A stretch of 64,000 nt of DNA from an uncultured Chloroflexia bacterium (lineage in GTDB: Bacteria > Chloroflexota > Dehalococcoidia > UBA2979): NCBI GenBank assembly GCA_963728205.1, contig CAVSIV010000006.1, positions 1,120,001-1,184,000 of the forward strand, read 5' to 3'. The translations under genes and the position numbers were made by a program. The notes under the pieces were generated by a model. It ran no database searches, was not told the origin of the DNA, and saw only the letters and a list, made by a program, of their open reading frames with translations. Below are positions 9,227 to 19,937 of this stretch, one piece after another. Positions within the stretch are counted from its first letter, which is position 1. Every line of letters begins with the position of its first letter.

Positions 9227-10497
9227 CAGCGCATCCCCTGTGAGCGGAGGACCGGCGCCGGCACGCCCTCGATGCCGGAGCTGAGGACGCGACCGAGGTC
9301 GTCTTCGTGCTTCACGGTGTACGTGTAGATGCCGCCGGCGGCGAGCGTGCTGTACGCGTTGAGCGTGCTGCGGCCCGGCCCGAACGTGTCGGCCTCGAGC
9401 AGCACGGCCGCAACCTTCACGCCGCGCGCGGCGAGCGACATCATCGTGAGTGCCCAGTCCTCGCTCGACGACGGCGTGACCACGACCACGGTCGTGTGGC
9501 GGCCGAAGCGCCGCGACTCTTCGAGCAGGAGGTTCGTCAGCGGCACGTCGCCCACGGCGCGCGCGAGCGCGAGCGACTCGAGGATGCGCGTGTAGTGGTT
9601 CTGCCCGCGGTCGGGCGAGTCGATGCGCAGGTCCTCGCCGAACGAGATCAGGCCCACCGAGCGATGAGCGTTGATGAAGTAGCGCGCGATCGACGCACAG
9701 ATGCGGACCGCGGCCTCCTCGGTGCCGTCCTCGCCCTCGCCGACGTGTTCCGACTCCTGCAGGTCCAGCACGATCCAGATGTCGGACGCGGGGTCGAGCT
9801 CGAACTGCTTCACCATCGGCTCGCCCGTGCGGGCGGTGGCCGGCCAGTGCACGCGGTTGAAGGAGTCGCCGGGCTCGTACGGACGCACGCCAGCGACATT
9901 CGGCGTCACGTTGTGCGTGCGTCGACGGAAGCGGCCCTCGCCGGGAAGGTTCGCGGGCGGGATGTAGAAGTTGGGCAGCTCGGGAGCGTTCGGATAGACC
10001 AGGACGGTGGTGACATCGCCGAACGTGCGCTCGAAGCGGAAGAACCCGAACGGATCGGTCGCGATGACGGAGAGTGGGCCGAGCTCGTAGAGCCCGCGCA
10101 CGCGCGTCGGCGTGCGGTACGACCACGCCGAGACGCCGCGCGAGCCGAGCGTGATCACGCGCCGCGAGGCGTGGCCGGGCACTGACGATGGGTCCTCGAC
10201 CTCGAGCCAGATCTTCGGGAGCAGCGAGCGCGAGCGGATGACGATGCTGCCCTCGAGGTGCTGGCCCTGCGTGACGCGGTGCGAGCGCCGCGAGACCTCG
10301 ACCTCGAGGCCGTTCGCCATCGAGCGAGTCCAGAGGAACACGACCGGGACCGCGATCGCCGCGGCGTAGGCGACGCGAAAGAGCAGCCAGAAGCCGGTGG
10401 CGAAGCCCACGACGACGCAGAGCACGGCGGTGACCGCCACCAGCAGCACGGTCTGGTGACGGCGCGACCAGGAGAGGGCGCGAAGCGTGCGCTCCAC
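9226..10497 (-). CDS. DUF58-domain membrane protein
   Basis: Probable GTG start at 10497; two TM helices; GVRPYEPGDSFNRVHWPATARTG motif. Confidence 0.88.
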   Translation of the reverse strand: MERTLRALSWSRRHQTVLLVAVTAVLCVVVGFATGFWLLFRVAYAAAIAVPVVFLWTRSMANGLEVEVSRRSHRVTQGQHLEGSIVIRSRSLLPKIWLEVEDPSSVPGHASRRVITLGSRGVSAWSYRTPTRVRGLYELGPLSVIATDPFGFFRFERTFGDVTTVLVYPNAPELPNFYIPPANLPGEGRFRRRTHNVTPNVAGVRPYEPGDSFNRVHWPATARTGEPMVKQFELDPASDIWIVLDLQESEHVGEGEDGTEEAAVRICASIARYFINAHRSVGLISFGEDLRIDSPDRGQNHYTRILESLALARAVGDVPLTNLLLEESRRFGRHTTVVVVTPSSSEDWALTMMSLAARGVKVAAVLLEADTFGPGRSTLNAYSTLAAGGIYTYTVKHEDDLGRVLSSGIEGVPAPVLRSQGMR

Positions 10498-10504
10498 CAG
10501 CCGC

Positions 10505-11464
10505 CTACGAAGCTCCGCCGCGAGCGCGCACGCCGGGGACCGGCACGCGCTCGATGCACTCGTCGACGATCTGTGCGCTGTCGACCTCACGGACGCGGGC
10601 GCCGGGGGCCACGATCACGCGGTGGCCGAGCGTGGCGTAGGCGAGCAGCTTCACGTCGTCCGGCTGGACGAAGTCGCGACCGTCGAGCATGGCGTAGGCC
10701 TGCGTCGCGCGCATCAGCGCCAACGACCCGCGCGGCGAGGCACCGAGGTACGCGCTCTCGTGCGCGCGCGTCGCGTTCACCAGGCTCACGATGTACTGCT
10801 TGATCAGCGGGTCGACGTAGATCTCGCGCACGGCAGCCTGCAGCTGCAGCACCTCCGTCGGGTTCGTCACCTCGGTCAGCGCGTCGATCGGGTGCTCGGT
10901 TTGCTGCGCGTCCATCACCAGCACCTCGTCGGTCGGGGACGGGTAGCCGAGGTGGATGCGCATGAAGAAGCGGTCGAGCTGGGCTTCCGGCAGCGGGAAC
11001 GTCCCCTCGTACTCGATCGGGTTCTGGGTGGCCATCACGATGAACGGACGCGGGAGCGGGTGCGTCACGCCGTCGACCGTGATCTGGTGCTCCTCCATCG
11101 CCTCGAGCAGCGCCGACTGGGTCTTCGGCGTGGCGCGGTTCACCTCGTCGGCGAGGACGACCTGCGCCGTGATCGGACCGGGGCGGAACTCGAAGCTCCC
11201 GGTGCCCTGGCGGTAGATCGACACACCGGTGATGTCCGACGGCAACAGGTCCGGCGTGAACTGGATGCGAGAGAACTGCCCGCCGGTGGAGCGGGCCAGC
11301 GCCCGGGCGAGCATGGTCTTGCCGACGCCGGGGACGTCCTCGATCAGGAGGTGCCCCCCGCAGAGGAGCGTCACGAGCGCGAGCCGCGCCTCGTGCGTCT
11401 TGCCGATGATCACGCGTTCGACGTTGTCGAGGATCTGCTCTGCAAGCTGCTTGGCGTTGTCCAC
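10505..11464 (-). CDS. MoxR-family AAA+ ATPase (second copy)
   Basis: [65 protein letters not shown]. Confidence 0.95.
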   Translation of the reverse strand: MDNAKQLAEQILDNVERVIIGKTHEARLALVTLLCGGHLLIEDVPGVGKTMLARALARSTGGQFSRIQFTPDLLPSDITGVSIYRQGTGSFEFRPGPITAQVVLADEVNRATPKTQSALLEAMEEHQITVDGVTHPLPRPFIVMATQNPIEYEGTFPLPEAQLDRFFMRIHLGYPSPTDEVLVMDAQQTEHPIDALTEVTNPTEVLQLQAAVREIYVDPLIKQYIVSLVNATRAHESAYLGASPRGSLALMRATQAYAMLDGRDFVQPDDVKLLAYATLGHRVIVAPGARVREVDSAQIVDECIERVPVPGVRARGGAS

Positions 11465-11596
11465 GTAGCCCCCTGCTCAGACTACCGAAAGAAGTGCGAA
11501 CGTCGCGGAGCAGCCGCGACGCCCTGGTGGGATGACGCCGTGAGAGGCGGGAGTCCGCCCCGGGACCTGCCGCTTGGCCCGCGGGACTCGCAGGTC

Positions 11597-11605
11597 AGTA
11601 TAACA
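11597..11605 (-). promoter_or_regulatory. Putative extended -10 promoter (TGtTATACT) for the moxR-DUF58-TGase operon
   Basis: Minus-strand TGTTATACT about 130 bp upstream of the moxR start. Confidence 0.5.
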
Positions 11606-11681
11606 AGGTGTCCGGGCGCATCATCGTGATGGGCAGCGGTCGCGGGGTTCCTTCCGCCGGGGCCTCACGTACCATCGAGGC

Positions 11682-12875
11682 ATGTCTGAATCCCCGCGCC
11701 GGCCCCGGCCCGGCTGGTATCCCCGTCCTGAACTGATCGTCGCCGTCGTGATCATTGCAGCCGTCGTGCTGGTCGGCGGTGCCGTGCTGCGCTCGCGCGG
11801 CACCGGCAGCGCGGCCTCCGCGAGCGTGCAGGTCGCGACCAGCACAGCGGCCGCGGGCGGCGCGCCGGCGGCACCCAGCGTCGCCCTCGCGACGTCGACG
11901 CCGACCCCGGCGCCCACCGAGACGCCGACCCCGACCCCAACCCCGACGGCCCCGCCCGCGCCCGTCAGGCCGAGCGTGGACCTGCGCCCGGCGCGAGTGG
12001 GGAACGGCGACACGATGCTCGTGGTCGTCACGGCGCCGGCGGGCGACACCGGTTCGATCACGTTCATGGGCCAGGCCTTCCCGCTGACCCGCAACGGCAG
12101 CGAGCTCTTCACCCTCATCGGCGTGCCGATCGGCGCGGACACCGGGCCCGGCACGCTGAGCGTGGCGCTGCAGGACGCCGACGGCACGGCCGCCGCCACG
12201 CTCAGCGCCGACTACACCGTGTTCCACGTGGACCGGCCGATCGACAACCTCACGCTCACCCAGTCGGAGGCGTCCGTGCTGACCGCGGACGCGGGCGCGA
12301 AGGAAGCGCAGCTGCGCACCGAGCAGTTCTCGCACTTCGACCGCGGCCGTCGCTGGTCGGAGGTGTTCCAGTGGCCGGTGACCGGACCGATCACGACGTA
12401 CTTCGGCCAGGGACGCCGCATCAACGGGGGGCCTCCGGGCGACTTCCACAGCGGCACGGACATCGCCGTCGATGAGGGCACGCCGGTCCACGCCGCGGCG
12501 CCCGGCCGTGTGGCGTTCGCCGCGGAGATGCCGATCCGCGGCAACACCGTCGTGATCGACCACGGCGCCGGCGTGATGACGAGCTACTCGCACCTGTCGG
12601 AGATCGACGTCACGGTGAACCAGTCGGTCGACGCCGGCGAGGTCATCGGCAAGGCCGGGCACACGGGCCTCGCGACCGGGCCGCACCTGCACTGGGAGGT
12701 GCTGATCTACGGCACGGACGTCGACGGCATCGAGTGGACGAAGACCGACTTCACGCCGCCATCGAGTCCGCCGCCGACGGGGACGGCGACCGCGACCGCG
12801 ACGGCCGCAGCCTCAGCGACCCCGGCCGAGGCTACGACCGAACCGTCCACGACGGGGACGCCGTCGCCTCGATGA
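11682..12875 (+). CDS. M23-family metallopeptidase with N-terminal anchor and Pro/Thr linkers
   Basis: HSGTD (HxxxD), YSHL, TGPHLHWE (HxH); TACCAT -10 six nt before the ATG. Confidence 0.9.
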   Translation: MSESPRRPRPGWYPRPELIVAVVIIAAVVLVGGAVLRSRGTGSAASASVQVATSTAAAGGAPAAPSVALATSTPTPAPTETPTPTPTPTAPPAPVRPSVDLRPARVGNGDTMLVVVTAPAGDTGSITFMGQAFPLTRNGSELFTLIGVPIGADTGPGTLSVALQDADGTAAATLSADYTVFHVDRPIDNLTLTQSEASVLTADAGAKEAQLRTEQFSHFDRGRRWSEVFQWPVTGPITTYFGQGRRINGGPPGDFHSGTDIAVDEGTPVHAAAPGRVAFAAEMPIRGNTVVIDHGAGVMTSYSHLSEIDVTVNQSVDAGEVIGKAGHTGLATGPHLHWEVLIYGTDVDGIEWTKTDFTPPSSPPPTGTATATATAAASATPAEATTEPSTTGTPSPR

Positions 12876-13572
12876 TCTGAGCCGCCCCGACAATCGCCGC
12901 CGTCTCGACGCGCAGTATGCGCGGGCCGAGCGAGACGGCGACCGCGCCGTGCGCGTCGAAGGCCGCGCGCTCGGCATCGCTCCACCCGCCCTCGGGACCG
13001 ATCGACAGCAGGATCGCGCCGGGCGCCTGCGGGACGCGCGCGAGCGCGTCGCGCAGCGGGAGCGGTGCGCCGGGATCCGCCACGAGGTGCAGCGCGTCCG
13101 CGGGCGGCGCGCCGCCGATGCGCGGGAGGACCGCGCGCCCGCACTGCTCCGCGGCCTCGATCGCGATGCGGCGCCACCGCTCGAGACGGCCCGCGCCGGG
13201 ATCGAGCACGGCGCGGCCGGCTGCGACCGGCACGAGCTGCGCCACGCCGACCTCGGTCGCCTTCTCCACGATCCAGTCGCCGCGGTTGCCGCGCGGGAAC
13301 GCGCACGCGAGCACGACGTCGACCGGCGGTTCCGGCAGGCCGACGACGGCATCGAGCAGCGCCAGCTCCACGTGCGCGCGGCTCGCGGTCTCGACCCGCG
13401 CTGCGCGCTCGCGGCCGGCGCCGTCGAAGACGCGCAGGGCGTCGCCGGGACGGAGGCGCAGCACCGCCGCGATGCGATGTGCGGTCGCGCCGTCGCACAC
13501 GGCGCGCGGGGCGGCAGCGTCCGCGGGGGGCCATGCGTCGGGCGGGAGGTAGAGGCGTCGCGGAGCGGCCAC
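12832..13572 (-). CDS. rsmE: 16S rRNA m3U1498 methyltransferase RsmE
   Basis: GTG at 13572; VLRLRPGD, EKATEVG, EAAEQCGR, IGPEGG, LGPRILRVETA. Confidence 0.92.
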   Translation of the reverse strand: MAAPRRLYLPPDAWPPADAAAPRAVCDGATAHRIAAVLRLRPGDALRVFDGAGRERAARVETASRAHVELALLDAVVGLPEPPVDVVLACAFPRGNRGDWIVEKATEVGVAQLVPVAAGRAVLDPGAGRLERWRRIAIEAAEQCGRAVLPRIGGAPPADALHLVADPGAPLPLRDALARVPQAPGAILLSIGPEGGWSDAERAAFDAHGAVAVSLGPRILRVETAAIVGAAQIIEATASPSWTVRS

Positions 13573-13583
13573 GCGCGACGGCC

Positions 13584-14543
13584 CTAGCGCGGCGCGGCCG
13601 CGACCAGGCAGCCCCAGTCGCCGTCGTGCGTGAGCTCGCGTTCGACGAGCCCGGCGGCGCTCGCGGCCGCGCGCACCTCGGGCTCGTTGCGCGCGATGAA
13701 GCCGCTCGCGACCAGCAGCCCGCCGGGCCGCAGCGCGGCTGCGAGCTCCGGCATGAGCGCCGCGACGACGGGCGCCGAGATGTTCGCGACGACCACGTCC
13801 GCCGAGGCGCGCGACGGCGAGTCCGGCCATGGCCAGTCCGCCGCGCCGAGCGAGCCGGGCGCCGCCTCGATGGCGGGGGCAACGCCGTTGCGCTCGGCGT
13901 TCTCGCGCGTCACGTCCACGGCGCCCGCGTCGACGTCGACCGCGCGCACGGCGCGCGCGCCGAGCTTCACGGCCGCGACGGCGAGCACGCCCGAGCCGCA
14001 GCCGACGTCGAGCACATCCTCGCCCCCGTGAACGAGGCGCTCGAGCGCCGCGAGACAGAGCCGCGTCGTCTCGTGCTGGCCGGTACCGAACGCCGCGCCG
14101 GGATCCAGCGCGATCACCGCTTCGCCCGGCTGCGCGTCGTACGGCTCCCACGACGGGTGCACGACGAGCCGCGCGCCGATGCGCTGCAGCGTGTAGAAGC
14201 GCTTCCACTCCTCGGCCCAGTCGTGTGCACCGACGTCGCGATAGGCGGGCGGCGCCAGCGGCTCGCTCAGCGCCAGCGCCGCCAGGCGGGCCTCCAGGCG
14301 CGCTCGCGCCGCCGCGTCGAACGGCGCCGGCACGGCCGCGGAGACGGTCGACGGCTCGGGCAGCTCCTCGTACGCGAAGTCGCCGCCCTCGTCGATGCGG
14401 ATCGCCGGGACGATCGCGACCCCATCGGGCGCGAGCTCGCGCAGGACGTCGGCGACGAGATCGACGTCCGCGGCGGGCACGCGAACGGCGATCTCGATCC
14501 AGCGGTCGGGAGCAGAGTCGGCGGGGGAGTCGGCGGCGGCCAC
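13584..14543 (-). CDS. prmA: Ribosomal protein L11 methyltransferase
   Basis: DWAEEWKR, LDPGAAFGTGQHETT, LDVGCGSGVL, VVANI; downstream of dnaJ. Confidence 0.93.
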   Translation of the reverse strand: MAAADSPADSAPDRWIEIAVRVPAADVDLVADVLRELAPDGVAIVPAIRIDEGGDFAYEELPEPSTVSAAVPAPFDAAARARLEARLAALALSEPLAPPAYRDVGAHDWAEEWKRFYTLQRIGARLVVHPSWEPYDAQPGEAVIALDPGAAFGTGQHETTRLCLAALERLVHGGEDVLDVGCGSGVLAVAAVKLGARAVRAVDVDAGAVDVTRENAERNGVAPAIEAAPGSLGAADWPWPDSPSRASADVVVANISAPVVAALMPELAAALRPGGLLVASGFIARNEPEVRAAASAAGLVERELTHDGDWGCLVAAAPR

Positions 14544-14548
14544 CGGTG

Positions 14549-15673
14549 TCAGGAGAAGGCCTCGCGGATGCGGTCGAACAGCCCGCCGTTGGCGCCGTTC
14601 TTCGGCACCTCGGGCGTGCCCAGCACGCCGGCGAGCTGCTCGACGAGCTGGCGCTGCTCCTCGGTGAGCCGCGTCGGCGTCACGACGTGCAGGCGCACGA
14701 GCAGGTCGCCGCGACCGGCCCCGCGCAGGTGCGGGACGCCCTTGCCCTTGAGCACCTGCACGTCACCGTGCTGCACGCCGGGCTTCAGCTCGACGTCGAC
14801 GTCCTCGCCGTCGAGCGTCGGCACCGGGACGGTCGCGCCGAGCGCGGCCTGCGCGATGTTCAGGGGCAGCTCGTAGACGAGGTTGTCGTCGACGCGCCGG
14901 AACTGCTCGTGCGGCTCGACCTCGAGCTCGATGAAGAGGTTGCCGGACGGCCCGCTGCGCTCACCCGCGTCGCCCTCGCCGGCGAGGCGGATCTGCGCGC
15001 CGTTGTCGACGCCGGCCGGCACCTTCACGACGCGCGTGACGGTATTGCGGCGCTTGCCGCGGCCGCGGCAGGTCTTGCACGGGTCGGTGACCACGGTGCC
15101 CTCGCCGCGGCAGGTCGCGCAGGTGGTGACGTTCACGAACTGCCCGAACAGCGACTGCTGCACGCGTCGCAGCTCGCCGGAGCCCTTGCACTCCGGGCAC
15201 GTGCCGCGCTGCGAGCCCTTCACCTGGCCGGAGCCGCGGCAGTCGGGGCAGGTCTCGGTCCGCTCGTACGTGATCTCCTTGTCGGTCCCGAACACCGCCT
15301 CCTCGAACGCGATGCGGAAGCGCGCCTGAAGGTCGGCACCGCGCTGCGGACCGGCGCGGCGCGTGGCCGTGCCGCGGAAGAAGGCATCGAAGATGTCGCC
15401 GAAGCCGCTGAATCCCTCGAAGCCGCTGAAGCCCTGCGCGCCGCCCGCGCCGACGCCGGCCATGCCCATGCGGTCGTAGCGCTGGCGCTTCTCGGGGTCG
15501 GAGAGGATCTCGTAGGCAGCGTTGATCTGCTTGAAGCGCTGCTCCGCCCCTTCCTCCTTGTTGCGGTCGGGGTGGAACTCCATGGCCAGGCGCCGGAACG
15601 CGCGCTTGATGTCGGCCTGGGTCGCGTCGCGCGGCACGCCGAGGGTCTCGTAGAGGTCAGCCTGAGCGGTCAT
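14549..15673 (-). CDS. dnaJ: Chaperone DnaJ
   Basis: J-domain HPD, G/F region, four CxxCxGxG zinc-finger repeats. Confidence 0.97.
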   Translation of the reverse strand: MTAQADLYETLGVPRDATQADIKRAFRRLAMEFHPDRNKEEGAEQRFKQINAAYEILSDPEKRQRYDRMGMAGVGAGGAQGFSGFEGFSGFGDIFDAFFRGTATRRAGPQRGADLQARFRIAFEEAVFGTDKEITYERTETCPDCRGSGQVKGSQRGTCPECKGSGELRRVQQSLFGQFVNVTTCATCRGEGTVVTDPCKTCRGRGKRRNTVTRVVKVPAGVDNGAQIRLAGEGDAGERSGPSGNLFIELEVEPHEQFRRVDDNLVYELPLNIAQAALGATVPVPTLDGEDVDVELKPGVQHGDVQVLKGKGVPHLRGAGRGDLLVRLHVVTPTRLTEEQRQLVEQLAGVLGTPEVPKNGANGGLFDRIREAFS

Positions 15674-15679
15674 CGCGCC

Positions 15680-15688
15680 ATTCTACCA
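15680..15688 (-). promoter_or_regulatory. Putative extended -10 (TGgTAGAAT) giving a leaderless dnaJ transcript
   Basis: Minus-strand TGGTAGAAT-ggcgcg-ATG; no Shine-Dalgarno before the ATG. Confidence 0.6.
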
Positions 15689-15737
15689 AGCGAGGCCGGT
15701 GTGGCCTCGGGAAACACCCGCGTGGGGGTGAGCTGGT

Positions 15738-16526
15738 TCATCGATCCGCATCCGCCGCGGGGACGGTGAGCTGCTCGCGAACGGCCGCGAGCGTGTCCGT
15801 GCCGACCCCAATCCCCGCCAGGTACGCGTCCGCGCCTCCGTGCCGAGCCTCGAGCCCATCGAGGAAGATCGCGATCGCGTCCGCCGGCACGCCGTAGCGG
15901 CGGCGCACCTCGTCCGGATTGTCCGCCGCCGGCGCGCGGCCGTGGGTCGCGAGCCAGCCCAGCCAGCGCTCGGTGTCGCGGTTCGACAGCGCAAAGTCGG
16001 CGAGGATCGTCTCGCGGTCGACGCCCGCGACGCTCATGGCCAGAGCGGTGACGACGCCGGTGCGGTCCTTGCCGGCGGTGCAGTGGAGCACGAGAGGGTA
16101 GGTGGCGGGATCGGCCAGCGCTTCGAAGACGGCGCGGAAGGCGTCCTCGGCATAGCGCAGGTACCCGAGGTAGCGCTCCCCCGAGATGCCGGCGCCGAAC
16201 TCCCGATCGAGCTCCTCGCTCGCGCCGTCGGGCAGTGGCGGCAGGTGCAGATAGCGTGCGCCGATGTCGGCCGCCGGGTGTCCGTCGCGAGCGCGCGCCT
16301 CGGCCGGGCGGCGGAGATCGATCACGGTGGCGACGCCGAGGCCGCGGAGGCGATCGCGATCGGCGGGCGTCATGTCCTCGAGCGCGCCCGAGCGGAAGTA
16401 CCGGCGCCATGCCGTCGCGCGCCCGTCGCGGGCGGCGTAGCCGCCGATGTCGCGGAAGTTCCAGCAGGCCTCGAAGGGCACGTGTCGGGCGACGAAGGCG
16501 CCCGCGCCCGTGCCGGGCTCAGTCAT
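15738..16526 (-). CDS. Tyrosine/dual-specificity protein phosphatase (IphP/MptpB-like)
   Basis: NFRDIGGY, YFRSG, VIDLR, P-loop HCTAGKDRTG. Confidence 0.9.
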   Translation of the reverse strand: MTEPGTGAGAFVARHVPFEACWNFRDIGGYAARDGRATAWRRYFRSGALEDMTPADRDRLRGLGVATVIDLRRPAEARARDGHPAADIGARYLHLPPLPDGASEELDREFGAGISGERYLGYLRYAEDAFRAVFEALADPATYPLVLHCTAGKDRTGVVTALAMSVAGVDRETILADFALSNRDTERWLGWLATHGRAPAADNPDEVRRRYGVPADAIAIFLDGLEARHGGADAYLAGIGVGTDTLAAVREQLTVPAADADR

Positions 16527-17259
16527 GCGGCGGCTCCTCGAGCAGCAGCGCCTCGAGCCGATCGAAGACGTCGTCGGTCACGCCGTGCGCGCGCAGGAAG
16601 CCGCGGGCCGAGCCGTAGCGCTCGGTCATGACGCCGAGCATCTCCTGCATCGCCGGCGGGGCGACGCCCAGCGCCGGGTTCGGCGCCTCGCCGGCCGCGA
16701 TCACGCCGGCGGCGCGCAGCCGCGAGACGAGCAGGTCCATCGCCTCCTGGCTGACGGCGTAGTCGTGCAGGATCGCGTCGTGGTCGACGCCGAGCGAGTC
16801 CAGCACCAGCGCGGCCAGGACGCCGGTGCGGTCCTTCCCCGTCACGCAGTGAAAGACGGCCGGGTAGGCCGCCTCGTCGGCGAGCAGGTGCACGGCCTGC
16901 GCCCACGCGGCGCCGTTGCCCTCGAGCAGCGCCACGTACTCCGGATCCCAGCGGCCGCTCTCGCGCGCCTCGAACTTCGACTCGGCGTTGCCCATCGGCA
17001 GGTGGTGGCGGCGGGCGGGCGGGCGGGCCAGCAGGCCGAAGCCGCGCGCGTCGTTCGCCTCGCCGGCGCTGCGCAGGTCGATCACGGTCGCGATACGCAG
17101 CGCCTCGCGTGTGCGCGCCGCCTCGTCCGCGGACATCCGCTGCAGCTCGCCGGAGCGGAACAGCCGGCGCCAGCGCACGACGCGGCCGTCGGCCGCGGCG
17201 TAGCCGCCGAGGTCGCGGAAGTTGTAGACGCGTTCGAAGGGGAAGTGCCGCTCGAGCAT
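16519..17259 (-). CDS. Tyrosine/dual-specificity protein phosphatase (IphP/MptpB-like), paralog
   Basis: NFRDLGGY, LFRSG, VIDLR, P-loop HCVTGKDRTG; start at ATG 17259 or GTG 17265. Confidence 0.9.
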   Translation of the reverse strand: MLERHFPFERVYNFRDLGGYAAADGRVVRWRRLFRSGELQRMSADEAARTREALRIATVIDLRSAGEANDARGFGLLARPPARRHHLPMGNAESKFEARESGRWDPEYVALLEGNGAAWAQAVHLLADEAAYPAVFHCVTGKDRTGVLAALVLDSLGVDHDAILHDYAVSQEAMDLLVSRLRAAGVIAAGEAPNPALGVAPPAMQEMLGVMTERYGSARGFLRAHGVTDDVFDRLEALLLEEPPHD

Positions 17260-17361
17260 GGTCACGTCAGTCCGACCCTTCCTGCGGCGTGGCGCAAGCA
17301 GCCCGCGGGCGTCCACGGTACCCCGGGACGCCCGCGCTGCGTGTCGTGGACGGAACGCGGG

Positions 17362-19269
<1,908 letters not shown>

Positions 19270-19275
19270 GCCTGT

Positions 19276-19893
19276 CTACCTCTCCGCCCGATCGGAAACA
19301 TCGTCGGGACTGGTTGCTGTCTCATCGTGGTCGCCGCGCGCCGAAGCGCCGGCGCTGTCTGTGTGGTTCTCGGCGTCGCCCTCGCCGTTGCCGACGAGCA
19401 CGAGCGCCGGCCGGATCACGCGATCGCCGATCGCGTAGCCGGCCTGCACGAGCTGCGCGACGCGGCCGTCTTGACCGGGCGCATGCCCGACCGCCTCATG
19501 CACCTGCGGATCGAAACGCTCGCCGGCCGCCGCGATCTCCTCGACGCCCGCTGCCTGGAGCACGCCCCAGAACTTGTTGCGCACGAGGCGCACGCCGTCG
19601 ACCCAGCGGTGGTCCGCCAGGTCGGCATCGACCGAGTCGAGCGCGCGGTTGAGGTCGTCGAGCACCGGCAGAAAGTTCGTCACGAGCGCGATCAACGCGT
19701 GCCGTGACGAGTCGAGCCGGTCCTGCTGCGCGCGCCGCTGCAGGTTCTGGTAGTCGGCCATGGCACGCGCATACTGCGCGCGCGCCTGGTCCAGCTCCTC
19801 GCGCAGCGCCGCGGCGTCCGTGCGTGCGGCGCCGTCGGCCGACTGCTCGGCGGCCTCGTCGGCGACGCGCTCGTCCGATGGCGGATTCGTCAT
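19276..19893 (-). CDS. grpE: Nucleotide exchange factor GrpE
   Basis: ATG at 19893; ADYQNLQRR, FLPVLDDLNRA, FDPQVHEAV, GY...VIRPALV. Confidence 0.93.
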   Translation of the reverse strand: MTNPPSDERVADEAAEQSADGAARTDAAALREELDQARAQYARAMADYQNLQRRAQQDRLDSSRHALIALVTNFLPVLDDLNRALDSVDADLADHRWVDGVRLVRNKFWGVLQAAGVEEIAAAGERFDPQVHEAVGHAPGQDGRVAQLVQAGYAIGDRVIRPALVLVGNGEGDAENHTDSAGASARGDHDETATSPDDVSDRAER

Positions 19894-19937
19894 ACGACTC
19901 CTCGTCCTTGCCTGGGTTCGGCGTCCGGGGACGACGT

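Noticed and set aside
2886-10126. Long N-terminal extensions in ORF-track calls 2886..4982, 4181..6841 and 6806..10126
   Set aside because: The extensions are Arg/Ala/Gly-rich off-frame reads of upstream genes; the real starts are at coupled ATGs 4038, 4982 and 9226.
11880-11965. CCGACC/CCGACG-like repeats in the M23 gene
   Set aside because: They encode a Pro-Thr linker; not a CRISPR or non-coding repeat.
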